Source: Chloroflexota bacterium (GTDB lineage: Bacteria > Chloroflexota > Limnocylindria > Limnocylindrales > CSP1-4). From it: a DNA stretch of 64,000 nucleotides. The position numbers were made by a program, and so were the translations under genes. The number at the start of each line of letters is the position of its first letter. Position 1 is the stretch's first letter. The stretch spans positions 2,676 through 66,675 of the forward strand of contig JAICUI010000011.1 of assembly GCA_025935925.1 (NCBI GenBank). Direction: 5' to 3'. The notes below the pieces were generated by a model, which saw only the letters and a list, made by a program, of their open reading frames with translations, made no database searches and was not told the origin of the DNA. Shown piece after piece: positions 8,174 through 18,000 of the stretch.

Positions 8174-10089
8174 GCGCGGCCGCGCTCCCGCTCGCGGTCG
8201 TGCTTGACGAGCAGCCGCTTGCGCAGCCGGATCGCCGACGGCGTGACCTCGACGAGCTCGTCCGGGCCGATGAACTCGATCGCGCTCTCGAGCGTGAGCG
8301 GCCGGGGCGGCGTCAGCCGGAGCGCCTCGTCGTGCGCGTGGGTCCGGATGTTCGTGAGCTTCTTCTCCTTGGTCGGGTTGACGTCCATGTCGCCCGACCG
8401 CGCGTTCTCGCCGACGATCATGCCCTCGTACACGTCGACGCCCGCGCCGATGAACAGCTCCGAGCGGTCCTGCAGGTTGAACAGCGCGTAGGCGTTCGAC
8501 ATCCCTGACCGGTCGCTGATGAGCACGCCATTGGTGCGGTGGGTGACCTCTCCCGCCCACGGGCCGTAGCCCTCGCCGATCTGGTGCAGCAGCGCCGTGC
8601 CGCGCGTGTCGGTGAGCAGCTGGCCGCGGTAGCCGATGAGGCCGCGGACCGGCAGCACGAACTCCATCCGGACGCGGCCGTCGGCGTCGGTCGACATCTG
8701 CTCGAGGCGGCCCTTGCGGCCGGCCATCGCCTGCTGGACCTCGCCGATGTAGTCGGGCGGGATGTCGATCGTGATTCGCTCGTACGGCTCCTGGACGCCG
8801 TCCTTCGTCTCGTGGAGGATCACCTCCGGGCGGCTGACCGTCAGCTCGTAGCTCTCGCGGCGCATCTGCTCGATGAGGACCGCCAGCTGGAGCTCGCCGC
8901 GGCCGCGGACCTCGAACGTGTCGCCCGACTCCGTGGGATGGACCTCGATCGACACGTTGCCGAGGACCTCGCGGTCCAGGCGGGCCTTGATCTGGCGCGA
9001 CGTGACGTACTTGCCGTCGCGGCCGCCGAGGGGCGAGGTGTTGACGCCGAACGTCATCCGGAGCGTGGGCTCGTCGACGTCGAGACGCGGCAGCGGACGC
9101 GGGTCCTGCGGGTCCGTGATCGTGTCGCCGATCGTCACCTCCGGCAGGCCGGCGACCGAGACGATCTCGCCCGGACCCGCCTCGGCGATGTCGACGCGCT
9201 CCATGCCACGCGCCGTCTGGAGCGCCGAGACCGATCCGGAAAGCGTGATCGTGCGGCCCGGTTCGACGCCGCCGGCCGTGTCGTCGGCCTCCTCGCGGAC
9301 GACGGTGATGCGCTGGCCGGTCCGGATCGTGCCGTTGCGGATCCGGCCGATCGCCATCCGGCCGACGTACTCGTTCGCCGACAGGTTGGTGACGAGGAGC
9401 TGGAGCGGTGTGCCCTCGTCGTACGCCGGCGGCGGCGTGACGCGCACGAGCAGGTCCAGCAGCGGCTTGAGGTCGGTGCCGGGCGAGGCAAGGTCGAGCG
9501 TCGCCGTGCCGGCTTTCGCATTCGTGTAGACCACCGGGAACTCGATCTGGTGCTCGTCGGCGCCGAGGTCCATGAACAGCTCGTAGACGTCGTCGAGGAC
9601 CTCGGCGGGGCGGGCGTCGGAGCGGTCGATCTTGTTGAGCGCGACGATCACGGGCAGGTGGCGCGCCATCGCCTTCTGGAGGACGTATCTCGTCTGCGGG
9701 AGCGGCCCCTCGGCGGCGTCGACCAGCAGGAGGACCGAGTCGACCATCAGGAGGCTGCGCTCCACCTCGCCGCCGAAGTCCGCGTGACCCGGCGTGTCGA
9801 CGATGTTCACCCGCACGTCGCCGACCTGGATCGTCGTCTGCTTGGCGAGGATCGTGATGCCCTTCTCGCGCTCGAGGTCCATCGAGTCCATCACGCGCTC
9901 GACGACCGCCTGGTTCTCGCGGAATGCGCCGGTCTGGCGGAGCATCGCGTCGACGAGCGTGGTCTTGCCGTGGTCGACGTGGGCCACGATGGCGACGTTG
10001 CGGAGATCGGTGCGGACGCTCGACGTGGCGGCGGGCGCGGTCGGGCGTGCGGTGGCGGCGGGCATGGCGGGGCCGGGTTCCTCGTACAT
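8137..10089 (-). CDS. typA: Translational GTPase TypA/BipA
   Basis: NVAIVAHVDHGKTTLVDAML (G1), DTPGHADFGGEVER (G3), NKIDR (G4), then EF-G-like domains and the TypA-specific C-terminal domain. 650 aa. An alternative Met lies 8 codons in. Confidence 0.95.
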   Translation of the reverse strand: MYEEPGPAMPAATARPTAPAATSSVRTDLRNVAIVAHVDHGKTTLVDAMLRQTGAFRENQAVVERVMDSMDLEREKGITILAKQTTIQVGDVRVNIVDTPGHADFGGEVERSLLMVDSVLLLVDAAEGPLPQTRYVLQKAMARHLPVIVALNKIDRSDARPAEVLDDVYELFMDLGADEHQIEFPVVYTNAKAGTATLDLASPGTDLKPLLDLLVRVTPPPAYDEGTPLQLLVTNLSANEYVGRMAIGRIRNGTIRTGQRITVVREEADDTAGGVEPGRTITLSGSVSALQTARGMERVDIAEAGPGEIVSVAGLPEVTIGDTITDPQDPRPLPRLDVDEPTLRMTFGVNTSPLGGRDGKYVTSRQIKARLDREVLGNVSIEVHPTESGDTFEVRGRGELQLAVLIEQMRRESYELTVSRPEVILHETKDGVQEPYERITIDIPPDYIGEVQQAMAGRKGRLEQMSTDADGRVRMEFVLPVRGLIGYRGQLLTDTRGTALLHQIGEGYGPWAGEVTHRTNGVLISDRSGMSNAYALFNLQDRSELFIGAGVDVYEGMIVGENARSGDMDVNPTKEKKLTNIRTHAHDEALRLTPPRPLTLESAIEFIGPDELVEVTPSAIRLRKRLLVKHDRERERGRAYDLARSADRTS

Positions 10090-10437
10090 CGGGCGCCAGA
10101 GTGTCGCACGCGGCCGCGGATCGCGCGAACGGGCGGGCGTGCCGCGCGCCGAGCGTCGCGTCGGTCCTTCGCGCCCCCGGGTCGTGCGTCGCTCAGCGGT
10201 TCAAGTGCGCGGTCCCCGTGTCGAACGTCGCGGCGGGCGACGCAAACTGGCTCGATTCGGCGCGGTCCGGCGCGCGACTGTGCCGCCACGCGGCTGGGAT
10301 GCGCTGCGAGCGTGCATCCGAGCCGCTGGGCGACTCGCGGGGCACTGGGCGGCTCGCGGGGTGGCGCGGCGCGGACAGCGGGCGCGGGCCGGATTGAGCG
10401 GCGCGTCGCGGTTCGGCCCCTGCGCACCGAAGGGTAC

Positions 10438-11184
10438 TCAGCCGCCGCCGACGGTCTCCGCCTCCTCCTGCCCGACGAGCCGCCCGTCGAGCAGCTCGAT
10501 CACCCGGTCCGCGACCTCGAGCATCACCGGATCGTGGGTCGCGACGATCGCGGTCACGCCCTCGGCGCGGACGACGGTCCGGATGAGCAGCATGATCCGG
10601 CGCCCGGTCTCAGAGTCGAGCTGCCCGGTGGGCTCGTCGGCAAGGAGCAGCTTGGGCCGGTTCGCCAGGGCCCGAGCGATCGCCACGCGTTGCTGCTCGC
10701 CGCCGGACAGCTCGTGCGGTCGGTGCTTCGCCCGCGCGTCGAGCCCGACGAGCTCGAGCAGCTCGGCCACCCGCCGGTCTCGGTCGCTCGGGTCCGCGCC
10801 GACGAGCCGCAGCGGGACCTCGACGTTCTCGGCCGCGGTCAGGATCGGAATCAGCCCGAAGGTCTGGAAGATGAACGCGACCGTGCGGCGTCGGACCTTC
10901 GCAGCGGCGTCGTCGTCCAGGCCGCTGATCGGCGCGCCGTCGACCGCGATCGACCCCGCGGTCGGCTCGTCCAGGCCGCCGAGCAGGTTGAGCAGCGTCG
11001 TCTTGCCGCTCCCCGACCGGCCACGGACCGCGAGCAGCTCGCCGCGCGCCACCCGCACGTTCACGCCGCGCAGCGCGTGGACGACGGACCCGCCACTCGC
11101 GTAATCGCGCACCAGGCCCTCGGCGACCACCATGTCGTCCCGGCGGGCGCCCGGCGGGGCGTAGCGCGTCGTGTCCTCGCTCAT
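10438..11184 (-). CDS. ABC transporter ATP-binding protein (MacB/LolD-type)
   Basis: Walker A GRSGSGKTT, Q-loop FIFQTF, signature LSGGEQQRVAIARAL, Walker B LLLADEPTGQLD, H-loop ATHD. The ATG at 11184 overlaps the stop of the upstream ATPase by 4 nt. Confidence 0.92.
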   Translation of the reverse strand: MSEDTTRYAPPGARRDDMVVAEGLVRDYASGGSVVHALRGVNVRVARGELLAVRGRSGSGKTTLLNLLGGLDEPTAGSIAVDGAPISGLDDDAAAKVRRRTVAFIFQTFGLIPILTAAENVEVPLRLVGADPSDRDRRVAELLELVGLDARAKHRPHELSGGEQQRVAIARALANRPKLLLADEPTGQLDSETGRRIMLLIRTVVRAEGVTAIVATHDPVMLEVADRVIELLDGRLVGQEEAETVGGG

Positions 11185-12269
11185 GACCGCTCCTCCGGGA
11201 CCGCGGCGGGGGCGGTCTCGCCCGTCCCGGGCTCGGCGCGCACGGCCTCGCCGACCGCCGGCTCGCCGTTCCCGTTCGGCCGGTCGGGCCACACGCCGAC
11301 GTGGTCCTCCTCGAGCCGCAGCCGCACGCGGTTCCGCAGCTCCAGCGCGTCGACGTGCGATCGCGGCAGCTGCAGCCGGCCCGCGCGGTCGAGGACCGCG
11401 TACTCCTCGCTGATCACGCGATGGTCGCCCGCGTCGGTCTGCTCGGTCCGGCGGAGCGTCTCCGTCGAGGTCCGGCCGTCGCGGATCGCCACCGTCCGCC
11501 CGACCTGCTCGGACACGAACGCGTCGTGGGTCACGATGACGATCGTCGTGCCGAGCTCCGCGTTGACGCGGCGCAGCAACCCGAACACCTCCTCGGACGT
11601 CCGGCTGTCGAGCTCGCCCGTGGGCTCGTCCGCCAGGACGAGGCTCGGGTCGTTGGCGAGCGCCACGGCGATCGCGACCCGCTGCTGCTCGCCGCCGCTC
11701 AGCCGGTCCGGTCGGTGGCCGGCGCGGTCCGCGAGCCCGACGAGGTCGAGCAGCTCCAGCGCCCGCGCCCGGCGGCGCTTCCGCCCGTCGAGGACCATCG
11801 GCAGCTCGACGTTGTCGACCGCGGACAGGTACGGCAGGAGGTTCCTCGCCGTCTGCTGCCAGATGAAGCCGACGACCTTGCGCCGGAACCGGGTGCGCTC
11901 CCCGCCCGACAGGCGGCCGAGGTCATAGCCGGCCACGACCGCGCGACCCGCGGACGGGACGTCCATGCCGCCGAGGATCGCGAGCAGCGTCGACTTGCCG
12001 CTGCCCGACGCGCCGACGATCGCGATCATCTCGCCGCCCTCGACGAGCAGGTCGAGCCCCTGGAGCGCGACCACCTCGAGGTCGGCGAGCTTGTAGATCC
12101 GGACCAGGCCGTCGCACGCGATCACGGAGCCGTCGCCATAGCGCGGCCGCGGCGCCGACCGGAGCTCCGTGCCCGCCAGCGGATCGGGCCGTGGCGCGCC
12201 GAGGCGCCGCGAGGGCAGGTCCTCGATCACCGGCGCGGCCGCGTCGGCACGGGGCGGGTTGGGCGTCAT
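11181..12269 (-). CDS. ABC transporter ATP-binding protein (MacB/LolD-type) with ~45-aa N-terminal and ~95-aa C-terminal extensions
   Basis: Walker A GASGSGKST, signature LSGGEQQRVAIAVAL, Walker B LVLADEPTGELD, H-loop VTHD. The C-terminal tail includes LDRAGRLQLPRSHVDALELRNRVRLRLEEDHVGVWP. The ATG at 12269 overlaps the permease stop by 4 nt. The rest of track ORF 11181..14048 is out-of-frame overlap. Confidence 0.9.
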   Translation of the reverse strand: MTPNPPRADAAAPVIEDLPSRRLGAPRPDPLAGTELRSAPRPRYGDGSVIACDGLVRIYKLADLEVVALQGLDLLVEGGEMIAIVGASGSGKSTLLAILGGMDVPSAGRAVVAGYDLGRLSGGERTRFRRKVVGFIWQQTARNLLPYLSAVDNVELPMVLDGRKRRRARALELLDLVGLADRAGHRPDRLSGGEQQRVAIAVALANDPSLVLADEPTGELDSRTSEEVFGLLRRVNAELGTTIVIVTHDAFVSEQVGRTVAIRDGRTSTETLRRTEQTDAGDHRVISEEYAVLDRAGRLQLPRSHVDALELRNRVRLRLEEDHVGVWPDRPNGNGEPAVGEAVRAEPGTGETAPAAVPEERS

Positions 12270-15037
12270 TCGAACCTCCCTCGGAGCACGGCGACCGGGT
12301 TCACGCGGCGCTGCAGCACGGCGCCGAGCCACAGCCCGAAGCCGACGACGACGGTCATGGCGACCAGGATGGCGAGCAGGAGCGCGGGCTCGAGCACCAC
12401 CGGCACGTCGATCGACGCGCCGACCAGCGTCCCGAGGCCCATCGCGGGCCGCAACAGGGCGAACAGCGCGGCGCCCAGCAGCCCGCCGGCGACGAACGCC
12501 GCGAGCGTCACGGGGCCGTGCTCGGCGAGCAGCAGCGCGGCGGACTGGCGGCCCGTGAGGCCGAGGGTCCGGAGGTGCGCCGTCTCCTGCGTCCGGGCGA
12601 GCCCGGCGAGCGCGAGCGCAGCGGCAACCCCGAGCGCGGCGTACGCCGCGGTCACGAGCGCCGCGACGAGGATGAGCGATCGGACGGCACCGGTGACCGG
12701 CGATGCGCGGCGGGCGGCGGCGTCCTCGGCCTGGCTCGCGACGGTGATCGACGGCGCGACCTGTGCGACGTGGGCGCGCAACGCCGCCGCATCCGCCGCC
12801 GGTGCCCGGACCCGGAGGTCCGTCGGGACGAGCCGGGCCTCGGGAGCGCGGGCGACGAACTGCTCGCGCGCGGCGACGACGAACCCGCGCCCGGACGGGA
12901 GGCCCGGGAAGCTGTCGACGACCGCCGCGGCGACGTACGGCAGGTTGTAGCCCTGGATGCTCAGGTTGAACGTGTCGCCGGCCTTGACCCCGCGCGCGCT
13001 CTCGGCGACCTCGCGCGAGATGATCGCCGGGATCGGGCCGCCCGCCGACGGGTCGTCGAAGGCCGCCGGGAGGTCGGGCATGGCCGGGCTGCCGGTCAGG
13101 ACCTGGTGCAGCTGGGCGCCCTCGATCGCGTCGAACAGCACCTGTGCGCCGGTGAGGTTCACCTCGACGCTTCCCTGGAACTCGCGCGCGACGGCCTCGG
13201 CGCCCGGGAGGGCGGCGGGATCGAGCGACGCGGGGAGGCCGCCGTTGGGTGCCTCGATCCGGTAGTCCGCCCCGACCGCCTGCCACGCCGCGAGATCCGC
13301 GCCCCGGTCGAGGTTGTCGAGCGAGACGGCGGCGAACGCCCCGACCGTCGCCGTGGCGAGGAGCACGAGGAGCACCGCGGAGCCGGCACCGCCGTCGGCC
13401 GCGCGCCGGGTCGCGAGCAGGGCGACCAGCCCGCGACGCCGTCGGCCGATCGCCGATGCGGCGCGCATCACCAGCGGAAACAGCCGAACGGCGACGATGC
13501 CGGCCGCGATGCCGACCAGCGCCGGGACCGCGGCGATCAAGGGGTCGAAGCCCGCCGGGCGGCCCTGCGCGGTCGGCGCCGTCGTCGCGATGCCCCGCTC
13601 CCGGAGCAGCCAGGCGCCCGCGATGGCGAGGACGACGAGCACCGTCTCGAGCACGAGCCGGCGTGCTCCCGGGCCGCCCGCGCCGCGGTCGCCGGCACGC
13701 CGCTCGGGTCCGGTCGACCGGGCGATCGGCACGACGGTCGCCACGAGCACGGCGACCGCCACCGCGACGACGGCCGCGGCGGCGACGACGCTCGGTCGCG
13801 CCCTGCCCACGTCGACGAGGGCGATCGCGCCGAGCACGGCGATCACCGCGGCCGGCACGGCGACGAGCAGCCCCTCGATCACGACCGGCGCCACGACCTG
13901 CCGGGCGGTCGCGCCGCGGCTCCTCGCGAGCGCCATGGTCGACCGGCGGCGCCGAGCGGCGAGGACGGAGATCAGCCCCAGCGTCGCGATCGCGACGAGG
14001 ATCGGCCCGAGCGCGGTGACGGCGAGGATCGACTGGGCCGCGGCCCACGACGCCCGGAACCCGTCGAGCAGCGGCAGGACCCCGGTGCGCAGCGCGACGT
14101 TGCTCGCCGGCGTGATGTTGGGCGACGGGTACTGCACGTTCAGGCGGCGGAACGCCGTCGCGAGGCCCGCCGCGTTGCCCGCGGTGATCCGGTCCGTGTC
14201 CAGCGTGTACCGCCAGCTGTACGCGAGCGGGCGCTCGAGCCTGCCGGCCTCCTGCGCCAGCCGCTCGTGCACGCCCGGATCGACCAGCAGCACCGCGTCG
14301 AGCAGCTGCGCCTCGAGGGACAGCGCGCGGATCACCGGGTGGATCGGCAGCGGGTCGTCGAACCAGTAGTCGTCGGTCGCGTCCGGGACGTCGTAGATGC
14401 CGGTGATCCGGGCATACGCGTACACGTCCGCCGGCGTCCGGCCGAGGAGCGGGTCGCCGGGGTCGCCGATCAGCTCCAGCTCGTCGCCGAGCGCGACGCC
14501 GAACCGCTTCGCCGTGTCGGCGGACACCGACGTCTCGTACACGGGCACGTTGCGGAGCTTCAACGGCCCGACGCCGTCCTTGGTCGTGACCGTCGGAGTC
14601 GGCGGCCGCCCCTCGACGTACCGGATGTGCTCCGCGATCCCGTCCTGGATCCGGAACCGGATGAACGCGGGGTCGGTCGTCGGCTTCGTCAGCCGGAACC
14701 GGGCGCTCTCCACGACGGCGTCCGTGTTCGTGACCATGGCGCGCACACGGCGCGGGAACGTGTCGAGCAGGTCGGCACCCGCGGCCCGGACCTGCTCGAG
14801 CGGATCGGCGTTCGCGTCGGCGGGCGGCGGCACGATGCCGTTCTCGAGCACGACGACGTTGCGTGCCTGGACCGGCGCGGCATCGACGGCGCCGCGGACG
14901 GCGGCATCGGCGAGCGACGCGAGCACGCGCGGGGCGAGCGCCGCGAGGAGTGCCGTGACGAGCACGAGGAGCAGGACGCCGAGCGTCGGCCCGAGGTCCG
15001 TGCGCAGGCGGCGCAGCGCGACGATCGTCCAGCCCAT
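12266..15037 (-). CDS. Large ABC permease with two FtsX-type domains (about 923 aa)
   Basis: Starts MGWTIVALRRLRTDLGPTLGVLLLVLVTALLAALA. Two FtsX signatures are present: RRRSTMALARSRGATARQVVAPVVIEGLL and TQETAHLRTLGLTGRQSAALLLAEHG. Long extracytoplasmic segments separate them. The start is 3 nt after the upstream permease stop; an alternative GTG at 15043 overlaps that stop. Confidence 0.85.
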   Translation of the reverse strand: MGWTIVALRRLRTDLGPTLGVLLLVLVTALLAALAPRVLASLADAAVRGAVDAAPVQARNVVVLENGIVPPPADANADPLEQVRAAGADLLDTFPRRVRAMVTNTDAVVESARFRLTKPTTDPAFIRFRIQDGIAEHIRYVEGRPPTPTVTTKDGVGPLKLRNVPVYETSVSADTAKRFGVALGDELELIGDPGDPLLGRTPADVYAYARITGIYDVPDATDDYWFDDPLPIHPVIRALSLEAQLLDAVLLVDPGVHERLAQEAGRLERPLAYSWRYTLDTDRITAGNAAGLATAFRRLNVQYPSPNITPASNVALRTGVLPLLDGFRASWAAAQSILAVTALGPILVAIATLGLISVLAARRRRSTMALARSRGATARQVVAPVVIEGLLVAVPAAVIAVLGAIALVDVGRARPSVVAAAAVVAVAVAVLVATVVPIARSTGPERRAGDRGAGGPGARRLVLETVLVVLAIAGAWLLRERGIATTAPTAQGRPAGFDPLIAAVPALVGIAAGIVAVRLFPLVMRAASAIGRRRRGLVALLATRRAADGGAGSAVLLVLLATATVGAFAAVSLDNLDRGADLAAWQAVGADYRIEAPNGGLPASLDPAALPGAEAVAREFQGSVEVNLTGAQVLFDAIEGAQLHQVLTGSPAMPDLPAAFDDPSAGGPIPAIISREVAESARGVKAGDTFNLSIQGYNLPYVAAAVVDSFPGLPSGRGFVVAAREQFVARAPEARLVPTDLRVRAPAADAAALRAHVAQVAPSITVASQAEDAAARRASPVTGAVRSLILVAALVTAAYAALGVAAALALAGLARTQETAHLRTLGLTGRQSAALLLAEHGPVTLAAFVAGGLLGAALFALLRPAMGLGTLVGASIDVPVVLEPALLLAILVAMTVVVGFGLWLGAVLQRRVNPVAVLRGRFE

Positions 15038-15039
15038 CG

Positions 15040-18000
15040 TCACTCGTCTCTCGCGCGCAGCACCGCGCTGGTCTGCGCGCCGGGCAGCAGCCGCCCGACG
15101 AGAACGACCGTCGCGAGCAGGAGCACGACGGCGAGGATCACGGTCGGGACCAGCGCATCGACGGGCACGACGACGACGGGCGCGGGGATGGGCGGCTCGC
15201 CCGACGAGGTGAGCGTCGCGAACGGCAGCGCGAGCCACGCGAGCACGAGCCCGAGGCCGACGCCCGCCAGCAGCCCGACGAACAGCAGCGCGGCGCCCTC
15301 CGCCGTCAGCCAGGACAGGAGCTGGCGAGGCGCCACGCCGAGCGCCTTGAGCAGCGCGAACTCGCCGAGCCGCTCCTGCGTCGACACGGTCGTCGTGACG
15401 AGGAATCCGACAGCGGCGAACACGAGGGCGGCGATCGACCCGAGCCCGAGGATGCCGATGACGCCGAGCCCCAGCGGGTCGCCCACGAGGCCCGCCTGGA
15501 GCGCATTCCGGTCGACGACGGCCTGCGCGCCGAAGGGCGGCTCCGCGACGGCGGCGGCGATCGTCCCCGAGGCTCCCGGCCGGGTCGTGATCCACCACTC
15601 GTCGGTCGGCGGCAGCGTGGCCCCGCCGGCGAACGTGGCGAGCCCGAGCGATGCGCCGTCGGCCACGACGAGCGGCCTGGACGGGACCTGCGACGGGAAG
15701 CCCGCGACGCGCCCGACGAGGTGGAGCTTGACCGGCAGCCCGACGACGGTCGCGGCCAGGGTGTCGCCCACCTTCGCCGCCGACTGGGCGAGGAACGCGT
15801 CGTTGACGGCCACCGGGATGACCGGCGGTTCCTCGTAGCCCACCTGGAGCCCCCAGCCGATGGCGTCGCGCGGCGTCATCGTCTCGACGTCGAGCCGGCC
15901 GGGCGCGGTCGGGCGGTAGGTGTCCCGCGGCGCGAAGGGGTTGTCGATGGTCCACCGTCCGGACAGGTCCGTGATCGGCGTCTCGGTCCACGCGTCGCCC
16001 GTCGCGTCCGGGCTGGTCGCGAGCGCGTGGAGCGTGATCGGGCCGCCCGCGATCGTGCTCGGGTCCTGAGCATCGATCGCCGCCCGCACCTGGAGCCCGA
16101 CCAGCCGCAACGGGCCGCGCAGCGCGCCGATCCCGCCGGGCGCGACGAGGTCGATGACCGACCGCGACCCTGCGGCGTCGCCGGGGACCGCCGATCCCTC
16201 CAGCTCGGCCATCCGCCCGTCCGCGTCGAGGATCACCGCGAGCGCCTTGACGCCCTCGTAGCCCTTCGTGATCGGCCCGAACCCCTCGAGCGCGGCCAGT
16301 GCCGCATCGAGCGTGACGGAGAGCCGCTTGGTGCCGTCCGGGAGGGGCAGGCCGGCGGCCTGGGCGCTCGCGTCGCGGTCCGTGGCGAGCGCGCGGAGCG
16401 AAGCGAGGGTGCGATCGGTGTCCGGTCCAGCGCGCAGCTGGACGATGTCCGCCAGCGCGGTGCCGTCGACGCCGAGCAGCGTCGCGTCGCGCACGGCCGT
16501 GCCGACCGACACGCCGCCCTTCGTGATCGGGGTCGCGGCGTCCACACCCGGCAGCGCCCGGAGCGCGTCGCCCGTCGCCCAGTCCGGCACCGACGGCGCA
16601 TCCGGGGGGTGGTATCGCACGTCCGCGCCGGCCGCGAACGCGGCCTGGTCCGTCTGGCTCGTCGTCCACGTCGCCGCGTGCGCCGACGCGAACGTCCCGA
16701 GCGCCGCGGCGAGGACGAGGAGCAGGGCCGCGCGCGTGTATCGGAGCGGGCGGCGCGCGAGCTGGCGGCCGCCGAGCGCCGGGACGAGCCCGCGCCCGCG
16801 ACCGAGAACCCGCTCGGCGAGCTCCGCGAGTCGCGGCACGATCCGGATCGCGAGCACCGCGCCCGCGAGGAGCCCGATCGCCGGGGCCGCGACGAGCAGC
16901 GGGTCGACGCCGAGCGAGCCGCGCGCCGTCCGCGTCAGCGGCGCGCCGTAGAGGCGCAGCTGGAACAGCGCGATCGCCGCGAGGGCGACCAGCGCGAGAT
17001 CGAGGCCGAGCCGCTGCGGCAGCGTGCGGCCGACCTGCCGACCGACGGCCGCCCGGACGCCGGCGATGCTGACGCCGGACGCGAGCGTCGGCAGCACGAG
17101 CGCGAGCACGGCGAGCAGCCCCACGCCGACGGCGACGCCGAACGTCGCGGGCCCCGGAAGCGGCGCCTCGAGCCCGACGCCCGCGAGCGCGGGGCTCAGG
17201 CCGACCGCGGCGACGACCAGGGACGCGAGCCACGGCGCCGCGATCACCGCCGGGACGACGACGAGGATCGCCTCGAGCAGCGACATCCGGACGAGGTGCG
17301 GCAGCCCGGCGCCCCGGGCGCGCAGGAGCGCCGTCTCCGTCCGGCGGCGCTCCATCAGCAGCGCCGCGACGAGCACGACCGCGTACCCGGCGAGCACGCC
17401 GAACTGCACGAGCAGGAGCAGGATCCCGGCCTGCGTGACGAGGACCGAGCGGTCGACCGAGGCGAGGATGTCCGGCAGGCGCGTCGTCACCGTGGCCTGG
17501 TTCGAGCCCGGCATCGCGGCGGCGATCCGTTCCTTCAGCCCCGCCACGCGACCCGAGACCTCGTCGAGCGTGTCCGGGCCGAAGCCCTCGATGGACGGGA
17601 TCGCGCGCCAGCGGGCGTCGAGCGGCCGGCCGCCCGAGAGCGGCCCGACGACATCCGCCTGGTCCGCCACGAGCGGGCCGACGACGGTGTACGAGCCCCC
17701 GGTCTCCGTGCCCGACAGGACGAGCGGCTCGCCGAGCCAGTACGCATCCGCCGGGTCGGGCGTCCACGTCCCGGTGACGATGGCCTGGACCGGGCGGTTG
17801 TCGAGCCGGCCGACGAGGTCGAGCGTGTCGCCGGTCCTGACGCCGAGGATCCGTGCGGCGGCCTGCGAGACCGCCACCTCGACCGGCGACTTGCCGGGAT
17901 CCGGCCAGCGGCCGTCGGCGAGCGTCCCGTGGTCCCGGATCCCGTCGAACGCGCCGAACACGAGCAGCCGCGTGACCCTGTCGGGATCCTCGCGGGCGTC

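Noticed and set aside
10180-10230. A tRNA-like T-arm sequence (gctcagcggttcaagtgcgcgg) in the typA upstream region.
   Set aside because: No acceptor stem, D-arm or anticodon arm can be built around it. I found no tRNA, rRNA, tmRNA, RNase P or SRP RNA hallmark sequences anywhere in the window by eye. This is a limited method.
8539-11928. Very long ORFs in the six-frame track. Examples: 8539..11928 (+), 12191..15838 (+), 15721..18300 (+), 19471..22797 (+), 32282..36979 (+), 44646..47180 (+), 46928..49474 (+), 49609..52170 (+), 61012..63444 (+), 4623..7313 (+) and 5866..7800 (-).
   Set aside because: Their translations are monotonous Arg/Pro/Gly/Ala/Asp strings with no recognisable motifs. Each lies antisense to, or out of frame with, a gene that has clear family signatures. 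Long spurious open frames are expected in DNA this GC-rich because stop codons are AT-rich.
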